Assembly (NCBI GenBank): GCA_965216315.1
Contig: CBDCFN010000016.1
Span: 192,001 to 256,000 of the forward strand
From: a bacterium
GTDB taxonomy: Bacteria > UBA10199 > 2-02-FULL-50-16 > JAJFLM01
Direction of reading: 5' to 3'
DNA length: 64,000 nt
Both the position numbers and the translations under genes were made by a program. Of the stretch, positions 30,300 to 40,568 are shown piece by piece. Position 1 is the stretch's first letter, and each line of letters opens with the position of its first letter. Below the pieces are notes generated by a model. That model did not search any database. It worked only from the letters and a program-made list of their open reading frames with translations, and was not told where the DNA came from.

Positions 30300-30944
30300 T
30301 CAGACATTCGTTGTCTCAAAGCTGTCGAGGATCTTCCGATATTGGGTCATGTTTGTATATTCTTTTTTGACACGGGCGAGGTTGTAGGCGGCTTGGAGGA
30401 AGTGCTGACATTTTTCGATCTCAAGCTGTTCGCGTATCAAGGCCTCGACGAGATTAAAGTCGATATTATCGGTCGTGACCATGCCCTCAAAGTCCCCCTC
30501 CATTGATTTAGTGAGCATTTCGGCGGCCTTGCCGGCCTGATTTTTGCGGAGAAAGGCGAGGCCTAGCAGCACGTAGGTTTGATGACGGATGGAGGGAACC
30601 TCTTTAGCCAGCTTGAGGACCTGTTTAAGCTTGCGGATGGCGGGATCGTATTCGCGACGCACGTTTAGGAGGAAGCGTGCGATGATCATCTTGATAAAGG
30701 GATCGTCAGGGATCGTTTGCTCGGCTTCTTGATAAGCCTCCCAGGCCTCATCGAGCTTCCCCTGTTTTTTAAGGATCATCCCCAGGGTCGAGAGGAGGAC
30801 CGCTTTTTCGTCGCTCGTCTCTACATCGCTGGCGATGCCGTCTCTCAGGACTTGAGTCGCTTCGTCGTACTGGCGCTCTTGGGTCAGCTTGATGGCCTCC
30901 AGGACTTCTTGGCGGACTTGCTGGGTGCCGGTATGTGGTTCCAT
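30300..30944 (-). CDS. TPR-repeat protein
   Basis: LGMILKKQGKLDEAWEAYQEA and LLGLAFLRKNQAGKA TPR motifs. Confidence 0.75.
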   Translation of the reverse strand: MEPHTGTQQVRQEVLEAIKLTQERQYDEATQVLRDGIASDVETSDEKAVLLSTLGMILKKQGKLDEAWEAYQEAEQTIPDDPFIKMIIARFLLNVRREYDPAIRKLKQVLKLAKEVPSIRHQTYVLLGLAFLRKNQAGKAAEMLTKSMEGDFEGMVTTDNIDFNLVEALIREQLEIEKCQHFLQAAYNLARVKKEYTNMTQYRKILDSFETTNV

Positions 30945-31735
30945 TATGAATTCACCCCCTGTCGTCCTTGTTGAAGGACGCTGATCATCTCATCATGTAT
31001 TGTACCGTTACTGGCGACAATTTGCTTGGCATAAATGTCGAGCGGTGAGCCGTCAAACAGACTCATTTTGCCGCCGGCCTCTTCGACCAATAAAGAACCG
31101 GCCGCTACATCCCAAGGCCACAGACTGAGCTCCCAAAAGCCGTCATAGCGACCGCAGGCGACATAGGCGAGGTCAATCGCGGCTGCACCGTCCCGGCGGA
31201 CAGCCTGGCTGGTCAGAATAAAATTGGCAAAATGATCGAGGTTGTTGTTTTCGACTTCCTGGACGTCATAGGCAAAACCCGTCGCGAGGAGGGCGCGCTT
31301 GATCGAGTCAGCCTTGCTGACCTGGATTTTCGAACCGTTTAAGTAGGCCCCTTCGCCACGAATGACTTCAAACATTTCATCAAGCGAGGGATCGTAGATG
31401 ACGCCGGCTTGGATCGTTCCTTGCCGCTCAATGCCGATGGAAACGGCATAGCAAGGATAACCATGGGCATAATTCGTAGTTCCGTCTAAGGGATCTATAA
31501 TCCACTTATAAGGGGACGTACTTTTTTTGATTCCACTTTCCTCGGCGAGGATCTGATGATCCGGGTAGCGGCCTTTAATGATTTCGATGATCGCCGCTTC
31601 ACAGGCATGATCAACTTCGGTCACGAGGTTAATGGCCCCTTTGAATTCAACCGATTCAATGCGCCCACGCTTATCTCGTTGGATGGAACCAGCAGCTCTG
31701 GCCGCCTCTTTTGCCACTGCGAGCAATTTATCCAT
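30944..31735 (-). CDS. suhB: Inositol monophosphatase family protein
   Basis: NLVTEVD, LAEES, WIIDPLDGTTNYAHG, WPWDVAAG. Confidence 0.93.
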   Translation of the reverse strand: MDKLLAVAKEAARAAGSIQRDKRGRIESVEFKGAINLVTEVDHACEAAIIEIIKGRYPDHQILAEESGIKKSTSPYKWIIDPLDGTTNYAHGYPCYAVSIGIERQGTIQAGVIYDPSLDEMFEVIRGEGAYLNGSKIQVSKADSIKRALLATGFAYDVQEVENNNLDHFANFILTSQAVRRDGAAAIDLAYVACGRYDGFWELSLWPWDVAAGSLLVEEAGGKMSLFDGSPLDIYAKQIVASNGTIHDEMISVLQQGRQGVNS

Positions 31736-31750
31736 GAGTCTCCTTCACTA

Positions 31751-32443
31751 TCAGACCGTGCGTGCAAGGGTCAACACATCTACCCGAAGGGCGCCGGCTC
31801 CTTTTAAGGCGCGGGCACAATTTTCGGCTGTGGCTCCGGTTGTAAAAACATCGTCAATCAGTAGGCAGGACTCACCGTGATAGGATCTCTTGGTGTAAAA
31901 AGCATGGGTCAGATTGTCGAGGCGTTCCTTGCCGTTCAGCCGTGCCTGTTCGGGAGTACGGCGCAACTTCACAAGGCCGAAGCAATCACGGCGGGTCTTG
32001 AGCGCGGAGCGCACATAACGGGAAAGTTGCTGGGCATGATTAAAACCGCGCTTCATCAGCGAGCGACGGTGAACGGGGACGGGAATAACACAGTCATAAT
32101 GGCGTTTTTTCAGCGTGCGTAGGGCGTGACCTGCTAAGAGGCTCCCCAGTACGGGGACAGTTTCCAGGTGCTTACCGAATTTGAGATCGTGGATGAGTTC
32201 AACCAGCCCGTCTTCGTAGGCGCCAAAGGCATAAAGCGCGTCGAAATAACGGGAGTCCATGCAACGGCTGCAGAGATGAGGTTTTACTTGTTTGCTTTCG
32301 AATGGCTTGAGGCAGCGACTGCAAGCCGGTTGAGGGATAGAATGCATGCGATGTCGGCAGCTGGTGCAGAGTAAGGGTTGTTTCACTGAATTTAAAGAGA
32401 TGTTACAAAGTACGCAGCGGGGAGGGAGGATGATTTTAAGCAT
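31751..32443 (-). CDS. comF: ComF family protein (double zinc ribbon plus phosphoribosyltransferase)
   Basis: CxxC repeats, PVPVH...RGFNHA, LLIDDVFTTGAT. Confidence 0.9.
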   Translation of the reverse strand: MLKIILPPRCVLCNISLNSVKQPLLCTSCRHRMHSIPQPACSRCLKPFESKQVKPHLCSRCMDSRYFDALYAFGAYEDGLVELIHDLKFGKHLETVPVLGSLLAGHALRTLKKRHYDCVIPVPVHRRSLMKRGFNHAQQLSRYVRSALKTRRDCFGLVKLRRTPEQARLNGKERLDNLTHAFYTKRSYHGESCLLIDDVFTTGATAENCARALKGAGALRVDVLTLARTV

Positions 32444-33071
32444 CAGGCCTCACAATAGAAACGTTTTTAGGGATTTTAAAGTTAAACTTCTTATCCGATA
32501 TTTTTTTATCCAATTTCAATTTTGAAAAGGTGTAGCGACTGCGGTTGCCGCGCTTGGGCCATAAGGTCGCCTCCTGAAGTGAGTAACTACTATTGTCCAC
32601 GATGAGCTGAATTTTTTTGAGCCGCGATTTTTTATCACGTGGAATTAACGTGAGCGTCGTTATTCCGTTGAGTTTTTTTATTTCAGGAATGTGAAAAGTG
32701 GCGCGTAGATCGCCGAGCCCACTGAGAAAACTTAAGGCTTCTTTGCTGATACGTAGTCCCGCATCTTCATAGACCTCGACTTCTTTGAATTTAGGCGAAT
32801 AGATCCATAGCGTATTGCCGTTGAAAACGTAGAGTTGTTTGTCTGGTCTATCATATTCGATTCGGAATTGGTTCTGACCGAAATAAAGTTTGCCGCTGCG
32901 GCTCTGTTCGCGTTCGAGTATTTCAACATAAGTATTTTGGGTGAATTCGGCGATTATGGTTTCGGTTTTTTTATAGGTTTCCTGAATCGCGTGGGTGATG
33001 TCGACTGCATGTGCCGGCGTCCATACGAGTAGAAAAAATGCGACTGAGATGGAGTAAACGATGCGCTTCAT
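32436..33071 (-). CDS. lolA: Outer-membrane lipoprotein carrier LolA
   Basis: Signal peptide, AEFTQ, SGKLYF..FRIEY..P.KQ..V.NG.TLWIY, F.FKIP; directly downstream of ftsK. Confidence 0.85.
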   Translation of the reverse strand: MKRIVYSISVAFFLLVWTPAHAVDITHAIQETYKKTETIIAEFTQNTYVEILEREQSRSGKLYFGQNQFRIEYDRPDKQLYVFNGNTLWIYSPKFKEVEVYEDAGLRISKEALSFLSGLGDLRATFHIPEIKKLNGITTLTLIPRDKKSRLKKIQLIVDNSSYSLQEATLWPKRGNRSRYTFSKLKLDKKISDKKFNFKIPKNVSIVRPDA

Positions 33072-35440
33072 TAACTCTCCGCTAGATTGCGAGCCAATAC
33101 TTGCCGGGGCTTACTGCCTACCGCCGGTCCGACGACACCCTCGCTCTCCATCTTTTCAATCAAGCGCGCTGCACGGTTGTAACCGATGCGAAGGTGGCGC
33201 TGGACCATGGAAATGGATGCCTGTCCCGATTGGCAGACCAGATTGACGGCACGGTCATAGAGTTCATCGTCTTCGGAGTCCTCTCCGAAGCTACCAGCCG
33301 CCTCTTCGGGCGGGGCTTGAAGGATTTCTTCGCGGTACACCGGCTTGCCCTGTTTCTTAAGATGGGCCGCAATACGGTGAATTTCCGTATCGGTTACAAA
33401 TGCACCGTGGACACGAGTCAATTCGGATGCCGTTGGCGGGGAGAAGAGCATGTCACCGGCGCCGAGCAAGCGTTCGGCCCCGATTTGATCGAGTATCGTG
33501 CGTGAATCATGCCGCGATGAGACCTTAAAAGAAATGCGCGTCGGAAAGTTGGCTTTGATGACCCCGGTGATGACGTCAACCGACGGGCGCTGCGTGGCAA
33601 GAATTAAATGGATGCCGGAGGCACGCGCCTTTTGGGCGAGCCGCATGATGCTATCTTCAAGATCCTTGGAGGCGACCATCATGAGGTCCGCGAGCTCATC
33701 GATGATAATGACGATGCTCGGTAGTTTGCCTTCATGCTTGAGTTCCTCACGCCCAATCTGGATGACGGCGTCTTTGTCGAGGGAATTGTCGTCAATCTTT
33801 TTGTTGTAGGCAGTAATGTCACGAATTCCGGCGTGGGCCATGAGGTGGTAGCGTCGATCCATTTCGCGAACCGCCCAACGCAAGGCCTGGTTGGCCTTTT
33901 TGGGGTCCGTAACGACGGGGACCAGAAGATGAGGAATGTCCGCATAGACCGAAAGTTCGAGCATTTTCGGATCGACCAGAATCATGCGGACTTCATCCGG
34001 CGTTGCTTTATAGAGAATCGAGCAGATCATCGTGTTGATCGACACTGACTTACCCGAACCGGTGGATCCCGCGACCAACAGGTGGGGCATTTTGGCCAGG
34101 TCCGCGACCATGGGCGTGCCTTGGCTGTCTTTGCCGAGGGCCATGGTGAGGCGCGAGTCAGAACGAAGAAACTTCGGATGCCCCATAATATCACGCATCC
34201 ACACGGTTTCGCGTTCACTGTTGGGAATCTCGATACCGATGGCGGCCTTGCCGGGAAGATGCGGGACAACGCGAACGCTCCGTCCGCCCATGCTGACGGA
34301 AAGATCGTCCGATAGATTGACGATCTTGTTGACCTTAACGCCTGGCGCCGGTTCAAATTCATACATCGTAATGACAGGTCCGGGATGGATGGCCATTACG
34401 CGACCTTCCACTCCAAAGTCTTTGAGCTTCTTTTCGAGCATGTTGGCGTTGGCCTTGAGAGCTTTTTCATCCACCTGCTTCGGTTGGTCTGATTCGCCGG
34501 AATCTAAATAAGATAATTGCGGCAATTCAAAAGAGCCTCCGACCGAAACCATCTTGAGTTGTCCCCCGGAACGCTTACCCATTTTCTTATCTTTGCGAGA
34601 GAAAACCGCAGGTCCGTTGGACTCTTGGGCGACGGCAGGCGCTTCCGACGATGCCGTGACAGCGGCCTCTCGCCTGGCCGGGGCTTTACGCCCAACCAGC
34701 TCTTTTAACTTCGCCATTTCAGGGTCGGCGGCGATGCGGGTGTCATTGATCTGGATTTGGCGCTTTTGCTGACGACCCTCGCGCCACGATTTGAATTGGC
34801 CGATGAGTCGTTCCTTTTGCCGGTGCACTCCCATGCCGATTCGTGCGATGACGAGTCGCGTCCAGGTCATCAATTTTTCGGAGCTGACGCGCAGGCACGT
34901 ACTGCCAAATTTGGCGATTTGCGCCAAAGAGACCTCAGTCAACCACACCGTTGTTAGCAGGAGGCCGACGAAGACGAACAGATAGGTGCCGACGAGGCCC
35001 AGATAGTGAGTTGAGAGTTTTGCCAGCGACCACCCGATAAGTCCTCCCGCATGGAGCGGTTGACCGAGTATGTCGATATCATTCCAGATCAGTTGGCATA
35101 GTACGGCTCCCAGGCTTGTAATGATGAGAAAAGCGATGGCCCGAAACCAGGCCGGCTTGATGGGCCGTAGCGCAAAGAACGAAAACGAGATAATGACGAG
35201 TAGGGCCGGCATGAAATAGGCGCCGATGCCAAGCAGCATATAGAGAAAATCAGCTAGGTAAGACCCAATGGCCCCACCTAAGTTTTGGATCGGCTGCGCT
35301 GAACCGACCGAACTCAAGGAAGGATCTAGCGGATGGTATGAATAGAGGCAAAGCCCGATAAAGGACCCAACCGCTAAAAAGAGGATTCCGTAAATTTCCT
35401 TGGTGTGGTCGGTGCGCCGCTGTGATGATTTGGCGGACAT
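33071..35440 (-). CDS. ftsK: DNA translocase FtsK
   Basis: N-terminal 4TM region, PHLLVAGSTGSGKS, IIDELADLM, ATQRPSVDVITG, gamma domain LRIGYNRAARLIE. Confidence 0.97.
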   Translation of the reverse strand: MSAKSSQRRTDHTKEIYGILFLAVGSFIGLCLYSYHPLDPSLSSVGSAQPIQNLGGAIGSYLADFLYMLLGIGAYFMPALLVIISFSFFALRPIKPAWFRAIAFLIITSLGAVLCQLIWNDIDILGQPLHAGGLIGWSLAKLSTHYLGLVGTYLFVFVGLLLTTVWLTEVSLAQIAKFGSTCLRVSSEKLMTWTRLVIARIGMGVHRQKERLIGQFKSWREGRQQKRQIQINDTRIAADPEMAKLKELVGRKAPARREAAVTASSEAPAVAQESNGPAVFSRKDKKMGKRSGGQLKMVSVGGSFELPQLSYLDSGESDQPKQVDEKALKANANMLEKKLKDFGVEGRVMAIHPGPVITMYEFEPAPGVKVNKIVNLSDDLSVSMGGRSVRVVPHLPGKAAIGIEIPNSERETVWMRDIMGHPKFLRSDSRLTMALGKDSQGTPMVADLAKMPHLLVAGSTGSGKSVSINTMICSILYKATPDEVRMILVDPKMLELSVYADIPHLLVPVVTDPKKANQALRWAVREMDRRYHLMAHAGIRDITAYNKKIDDNSLDKDAVIQIGREELKHEGKLPSIVIIIDELADLMMVASKDLEDSIMRLAQKARASGIHLILATQRPSVDVITGVIKANFPTRISFKVSSRHDSRTILDQIGAERLLGAGDMLFSPPTASELTRVHGAFVTDTEIHRIAAHLKKQGKPVYREEILQAPPEEAAGSFGEDSEDDELYDRAVNLVCQSGQASISMVQRHLRIGYNRAARLIEKMESEGVVGPAVGSKPRQVLARNLAES

Positions 35441-35549
35441 GAATTACTTGAAACTTATAAGGTAAATGGGTGCAAAGTCAAGAAAAGTGAGGGTTCTTAA
35501 AAGCGTAGGAATTGACACGGGTGAGTCCCTTTGCTAGAGGGGGGCCATC

Positions 35550-36068
35550 GTGAAACGCCGTCTTCCCAAAATTTTAATTACAACTGCCTTAATTGTAGGC
35601 AGCGTGATTGGCTCCGCTCAACCGGCACAAGCTCAGTACGATCTCTATTCACGCCAAGGAAAGTTTGATATTGGGATCGGGGCCGGGATCAATGTACGCT
35701 CGCCGATACATTTCGATCTCCAAATTGCCGGCGAATATTTTTTCACGAACAATTTCGCTTTCGGTGCGGCTTTTGATGCGTTGATTCGCTCTCCGCATGC
35801 CTTTATCTTTACTCCGTTTGCCCGCTATCATTTTGATATCAGCCGTTTCCCTAAATTTGTTCCTTATGTCGGTGGAGGTATCGGCGGCGGGGCGGATTCC
35901 AACGGCAACGGCTTTATGGACATCATGTTGCCGAACTTGGGCTTTAAGTATGCGCTTACGAATCGGATCCGCTTGGGGAGCGATATGGGGCTTCATATCC
36001 TGACTGACTTTGATGATACCGAGGTCGATTTCCGGATTCTTTTTGTGACGCTTAACTTCCGTTTTTAG
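35550..36068 (+). CDS. Outer-membrane beta-barrel protein (8-stranded, OmpA/OmpW-like)
   Basis: Signal peptide AQA, PYVGGGIG, terminal LNFRF; sigma70-like TTGACA-N17-TAGAGG at 35512-35540. Confidence 0.75.
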   Translation: MKRRLPKILITTALIVGSVIGSAQPAQAQYDLYSRQGKFDIGIGAGINVRSPIHFDLQIAGEYFFTNNFAFGAAFDALIRSPHAFIFTPFARYHFDISRFPKFVPYVGGGIGGGADSNGNGFMDIMLPNLGFKYALTNRIRLGSDMGLHILTDFDDTEVDFRILFVTLNFRF

Positions 36069-36071
36069 TCC

Positions 36072-37037
36072 TCAGGATCTCGAGGACTGCGACAATTTCA
36101 CATTCATTTTGCTGACATCCACTTCGGAGCACACTTGGTTGCGTCCTGACTCTTTGGCTAAATAGAGCGCCTTGTCCGCCTTGGTGATTAGGTCTTCTTC
36201 GGTTTGTACCTGCGGACCCAATGACGCGACTCCTATACTGGCCGTAAGCGTTGTTTGATAGTCGTCAATTTCCAGGTGAATGCCGGCGATTTTTTTGCAC
36301 ATCCGTTGCGCCAGATTGACGGCGTCTTTGTGCGCTGTTTCGGGCAAGATTATGCCGAACTCATCGCCCCCATAGCGTGCCACGGTGTCGACGCGTCGTA
36401 ATCCATCATTAAGTGCCTTCGCAACATATTGAAGGGCACGGTCGCCCGCTAAATGTCCTCCCTCATCATTGATGTCTTTGAGAGAATCAACATCCAGCAA
36501 GACGATCGAAAGGGGACGGTGATAACGCTGTGAGCGGTGGAATTCATCTTCGAGGCGCTCTTGAAAGAGACGTCGGTTGTACACGCCCGTTAAGCTGTCC
36601 TGGATGGCCATTTGTTTAAGCTGTTCATGGGCTTGCTGGGCTTCTTCCTTGAGTTGGCGCCTCTCGAGGACGGTTTCAAGAATGTGGGCAATCGAGGCGC
36701 CTTCGAGTTCTTCTTTGGTGAGATAATCATAGGCTCCTTGCTTGATAGCTTCTGAAGCAAGTTTTTCACTGCCCTGTCCCGTCAATACGACGACGGGCGT
36801 GCCTTTGTGTTCGTTGGTAAGCCAGCGGAGCAGGTAAAACGCATCGATGTAGGGGGGGCGATGGTCCGTGAGGATGATATCGTACGGAGTTTTATGGAGG
36901 ATGCCGACGGCATCCGCAGTGGAACGACAAAAGTGAAGCCGTCTTGAGTGGCCCGTTTGGGCGAGATTTTCTTCGAGTAGGCGGCCATCTTCTGCACTGT
37001 CATCTACGACTAAGAGTGCGATTTCGGAACGAAGCAT
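36072..37037 (-). CDS. Response regulator diguanylate cyclase (REC-GGDEF)
   Basis: VVDD, LTD, GAYDYLTK receiver motifs; DSLTGVYNRR, RRVD I-site, YGGDEF. Confidence 0.93.
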   Translation of the reverse strand: MLRSEIALLVVDDSAEDGRLLEENLAQTGHSRRLHFCRSTADAVGILHKTPYDIILTDHRPPYIDAFYLLRWLTNEHKGTPVVVLTGQGSEKLASEAIKQGAYDYLTKEELEGASIAHILETVLERRQLKEEAQQAHEQLKQMAIQDSLTGVYNRRLFQERLEDEFHRSQRYHRPLSIVLLDVDSLKDINDEGGHLAGDRALQYVAKALNDGLRRVDTVARYGGDEFGIILPETAHKDAVNLAQRMCKKIAGIHLEIDDYQTTLTASIGVASLGPQVQTEEDLITKADKALYLAKESGRNQVCSEVDVSKMNVKLSQSSRS

Positions 37038-37119
37038 ATTAACTCCGCAAATTCTCCGCCGAGCCTCCGAGTTTGCTTCGCGCCTAAAGCGCAGCTTCAG
37101 GCTTGACGGTTGTGGGGAA

Positions 37120-37148
37120 TCATAGCGTGTGCGGCCGGTACTGGCAAG
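37120..37148 (-). promoter_or_regulatory. sigma70-type promoter for the REC-GGDEF gene
   Basis: Minus strand TTGCCA-N17-TATGAT. Confidence 0.5.
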
Positions 37149-37190
37149 GTGTTTGCGTGACTTGCCAATTCTGGAAACGCGTGGTTACCC

Positions 37191-37895
37191 ATGTATATGG
37201 TTCAAGAGCCTCCACATCCATGGGATGTCACGTTCAAAGAAGCTGTTCAGATTCAAAAGGAGCTCGCACATCGGGTCTCTTTGCGAACGCCTGTAAAAAT
37301 TCAACAGCGTTTGCAAGCTCCGGAGCTGTTAATTGCTGCAGCCGATATTTCTTACAACCGACGCTCGCCACTGCTTTTTGCCGTTGTTGTGGTCATGCGG
37401 CTGGGTGATTTTGAGGTGATTGAAAGGGTGTCACACTGCATGAAAGTGACTTTTCCCTACGTGTCTGGTTTTCTCTCTTTTCGGGAAGCACCGGTGGTGA
37501 TCGAGGCCTTTAAGCAGCTGGAATGCCGACCCGATGTCCTGCTTTGTGACGGCCAAGGTCGGGCGCATCCGCGTCGCTTGGGTTTGGCATCTCATCTCGG
37601 TGTGCTCCTCAATCTTCCGAGTATCGGCTGTGCCAAGACGCGTCTTACGGGAACCTATCGCGAGCCCGGGGCCAAAAAGGGGGCGACGACGCGTTTGACG
37701 GACCGGGAAGAGGTGATTGGGCGGGTGGTGCGGACGCGTAGCGGAGTCAAGCCCATCTATGTTTCCGTAGGCCACAAGATCGATCTGGACGATGCTGTCC
37801 GTCTCGTACTAAGATGCTGCCCGCGTTATCGAATCCCGGAGCCCATAAGGCAGGCCCATATGATTGTTAACCAAGTTCGCGAGGCGTCGAGTTGA
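37191..37895 (+). CDS. nfi: Endonuclease V
   Basis: DISY, FPYVSGFLSFRE, DGQGRAHPRRLGLASHLG, IGCAK, PIYVSVGH, RIPEPIRQAH. Confidence 0.95.
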   Translation: MYMVQEPPHPWDVTFKEAVQIQKELAHRVSLRTPVKIQQRLQAPELLIAAADISYNRRSPLLFAVVVVMRLGDFEVIERVSHCMKVTFPYVSGFLSFREAPVVIEAFKQLECRPDVLLCDGQGRAHPRRLGLASHLGVLLNLPSIGCAKTRLTGTYREPGAKKGATTRLTDREEVIGRVVRTRSGVKPIYVSVGHKIDLDDAVRLVLRCCPRYRIPEPIRQAHMIVNQVREASS

Positions 37896-37898
37896 TCT

Positions 37899-39056
37899 AT
37901 GAGGTATGTTGCTCGAGTCGTTATATGTTTGGTGTTGCTTGGAACGGTTCCGTCTTTTTCGCTCTACGCCTTCAATCGCTCTTCTGCACTAGAACAACAG
38001 CAAGACAAAGCCCGCCAGGTTAGGACCTATCTGTTTAAAAGACAGTACACCCAGGCTGCCACGGAGATCCAGTCCGTCATCGATAGGTGGCCTGACGAAG
38101 TGCTCGGTTATTTCGGGATGATGTTGTTGTATCAACTGAGAAACTTCGAAAACCTCGATCATCGCTTTGATCAACAATACCTTCAATGGCATGAGCAAGG
38201 CCGTAAAAGTGCACTGAAAATCATAAACGACGGCCGGTCTGATCCGTGGCATCTTTTTATTGCTGCTGGAACACTGGGTTTGTCCGGCATGTACAAATTG
38301 AATCAAGGGAAGACGGTACGTGCCTTACGTGACGGTTCGATGGCGCTTAATGCACTCAAAAAGGCGTTAAAGAAAGATCCTAATTGGGTGGAACCTTATT
38401 ATGGCCTGGGCCTTTATGATTATTGGCGCAGTGTTTTTACCAACCGCTGGACCTTTCTTCCGTTTTTCCCCGACAAGCGCGACGAGGGTAGACGGAACAT
38501 CCAAAAGGTAATTGAGCGGGGGACGTTTGCACAGGAATTGGCTCGAGGCTCACTGGCCTATATGTATTATAATGATAAAAAATATGCCGAAGCACTTAAG
38601 ATTACCGGCCCATTAGTCGCGAAATATTCTAACAATGTTATTTTGCAAATACTTCATGCGCATATTTTGACCAAGCTCAAGCGGTACGATCTCGCGAAAA
38701 AAAACTATGAACGCATTTTGAGGCAGGATCCGCGCCTCACTAAAGTTAATTTTTATTTAGCGCGACTCTATTTTGCCAGTGCCAAGGATGAACAAGAAAA
38801 GCGCAAAAAAAACGCGTCCGCCAGCGTCCCTGTAGAAGCCTATGAAAAAGTGTTGCCGTGGGTGCAACGTTACGTCGAGGCGGAGCCTCATGCCAAAAAA
38901 CGGTGGAAGGCAGAGGCCTACAGCCTCTGGGGGGAAACGCTCTATCGGCTCAAGCGCTGGAGTGAGGCGAAGGCTAAATTCCGTCTCGCTCTCAAGCAAG
39001 ATTATTCCCTCTACCATGCCAAAAAACGCCTCACCGAGCTGCAGAAGCGGCTCTAG
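37899..39056 (+). CDS. Exported TPR-repeat protein
   Basis: Signal peptide; TPR motifs (ALKKDPNWVEPYYGLG; ILRQDPRLTKVNFYLARLY). Confidence 0.75.
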   Translation: MRYVARVVICLVLLGTVPSFSLYAFNRSSALEQQQDKARQVRTYLFKRQYTQAATEIQSVIDRWPDEVLGYFGMMLLYQLRNFENLDHRFDQQYLQWHEQGRKSALKIINDGRSDPWHLFIAAGTLGLSGMYKLNQGKTVRALRDGSMALNALKKALKKDPNWVEPYYGLGLYDYWRSVFTNRWTFLPFFPDKRDEGRRNIQKVIERGTFAQELARGSLAYMYYNDKKYAEALKITGPLVAKYSNNVILQILHAHILTKLKRYDLAKKNYERILRQDPRLTKVNFYLARLYFASAKDEQEKRKKNASASVPVEAYEKVLPWVQRYVEAEPHAKKRWKAEAYSLWGETLYRLKRWSEAKAKFRLALKQDYSLYHAKKRLTELQKRL

Positions 39057-39182
39057 CGCCCGTATTCGAAAATCATCTAAAAATCGCGAACTTATTTTGT
39101 CGATAAGCTGTGGATAGAGTTGGGATAACTTTTAATCCAAAAGTACTTGCGCTGATGACACACCTTGTTATGTTGCCCTTCC

Positions 39183-40568
39183 ATGGGCCTATCCATCGTC
39201 CAAAAAAGTAACCTGAATCAACGCCGGCCCCATGCCAAGACGGCGCTTGTCTTGGCCGGCGGCGCCATTACCGGCGGGACGTTTAAGGTCGGGGGCCTCA
39301 AGGCACTCAACGATTTTCTCGTCAATCGCAAGATAACCGATTTTGATCTTTATATCGGCCTTTCAGCCGGCGCCTTATTGGCGGCACCGCTTGCCGGCGG
39401 CATTGGTCCGGAAGAAATTCTCAAAAGTCTCAGTGGCTCATCAAGACATTTTAGACAGTTGTCCCCCATGCACATGTATACTCCTAACTGGCGTGAATTT
39501 ATTGAGCGACCGGTGAGTTATTTGTATCGCCGGGCGACCTATCTGCCGGGGATTGTGTATGACGTGGCCCGTTCTTATCCGTTTATTAAAGATGAAATTA
39601 AGAAGAAATTTTTCAACCTTGTTTCGCAACCGACGTATTCGAATCTAGAAGACCTGTTAGAACCTTTAGCCAAGGTGATTTACTCGAGTCGCGTGATGCC
39701 GAGTTTGGCCGAAGCACTGCCGAGCGGTCTTTTTGATAATCGGCCGCTCGAAGAATATATTCGCGCCAACATGGAAAGAAATCACCTGTCGAACAATTTT
39801 AAAGTCCTCAAGCGTTTGCGTAAAAAAGGTCTTTATATCGTGGCGACCGTGCTTGATTCCGCTGAGCGCGAGGTCTTCGGTTATGACGAAAAGAATGATG
39901 TTACGATTAGTGAAGCGGTCTGGGCGTCAACGGCTTTGCCGGGCTTTTATAAGCCAGTTCGACTCAAAGGGATTGATTACGTCGATGGCGCTGTGCGCCG
40001 CACGGCTAATATTGATGTGGCCGTCGCTAAAGGCGCTGAACTGATTATTTGTTATAACCCTTTTAGGCCTTTTAATAATGATCTTGTCCTTGAATATCTT
40101 CGCGAAGAAAAACGCTACGTGACTAAAGGGAAGCGATTATCACAGTTCGGTGTTTTTATGATTTTGAATCAGGCCGTTCGTTCGCTTTTTCACACGCGAC
40201 TGAAATTCACGCTCGAACACTACTCAAAAAATCCGAACTTTCAGGGAGACATCATTTTAATAGAACCTAAAGCGGATGATTCGCTTTTCTTCGAAATCAA
40301 TCCATTAGCTTTCTGGCAACGCGCCAAAGCGGCGAAGTGTGGTTTTAATTCCGTGCGGGATTCCATTGAAAGGCACTATGAACCGGTTTCCAAGATTCTC
40401 AATGCCTATGGAATTGAAATGAGTCGCGAACAGGTTGATCTTGATTATAGTAAAATAAGTCAGGCCGAAGATGATTCGGTGACATTGAAGGTACTGGAAG
40501 AGGAACGGCCGAAACGACGTTTTCGTGTGGTTAAAAACGGTGTTTCGGCGTCCGGCGCATCTAAATGA
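39183..40568 (+). CDS. Patatin-like phospholipase
   Basis: LVLAGGAITG oxyanion motif, GLSAG nucleophile, ASTALP, YVDGA. Confidence 0.9.
   Translation: MGLSIVQKSNLNQRRPHAKTALVLAGGAITGGTFKVGGLKALNDFLVNRKITDFDLYIGLSAGALLAAPLAGGIGPEEILKSLSGSSRHFRQLSPMHMYTPNWREFIERPVSYLYRRATYLPGIVYDVARSYPFIKDEIKKKFFNLVSQPTYSNLEDLLEPLAKVIYSSRVMPSLAEALPSGLFDNRPLEEYIRANMERNHLSNNFKVLKRLRKKGLYIVATVLDSAEREVFGYDEKNDVTISEAVWASTALPGFYKPVRLKGIDYVDGAVRRTANIDVAVAKGAELIICYNPFRPFNNDLVLEYLREEKRYVTKGKRLSQFGVFMILNQAVRSLFHTRLKFTLEHYSKNPNFQGDIILIEPKADDSLFFEINPLAFWQRAKAAKCGFNSVRDSIERHYEPVSKILNAYGIEMSREQVDLDYSKISQAEDDSVTLKVLEEERPKRRFRVVKNGVSASGASK

Noticed and set aside
37142..37156. sigma54 promoter for nfi (TGGCAAGGTGTTTGC)
   Set aside because: Spacing fits, but the same bases form a well-spaced TTGCCA -35 box on the opposite strand; ambiguous.
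39080..39140. oriC, DnaA-box cluster, or a sixth sigma28-like promoter (GTCGATAA at 39099)
   Set aside because: Only imperfect DnaA boxes in a ~125-bp spacer with no dnaA nearby; the -35 position reads AAAAT, not RCAAC.
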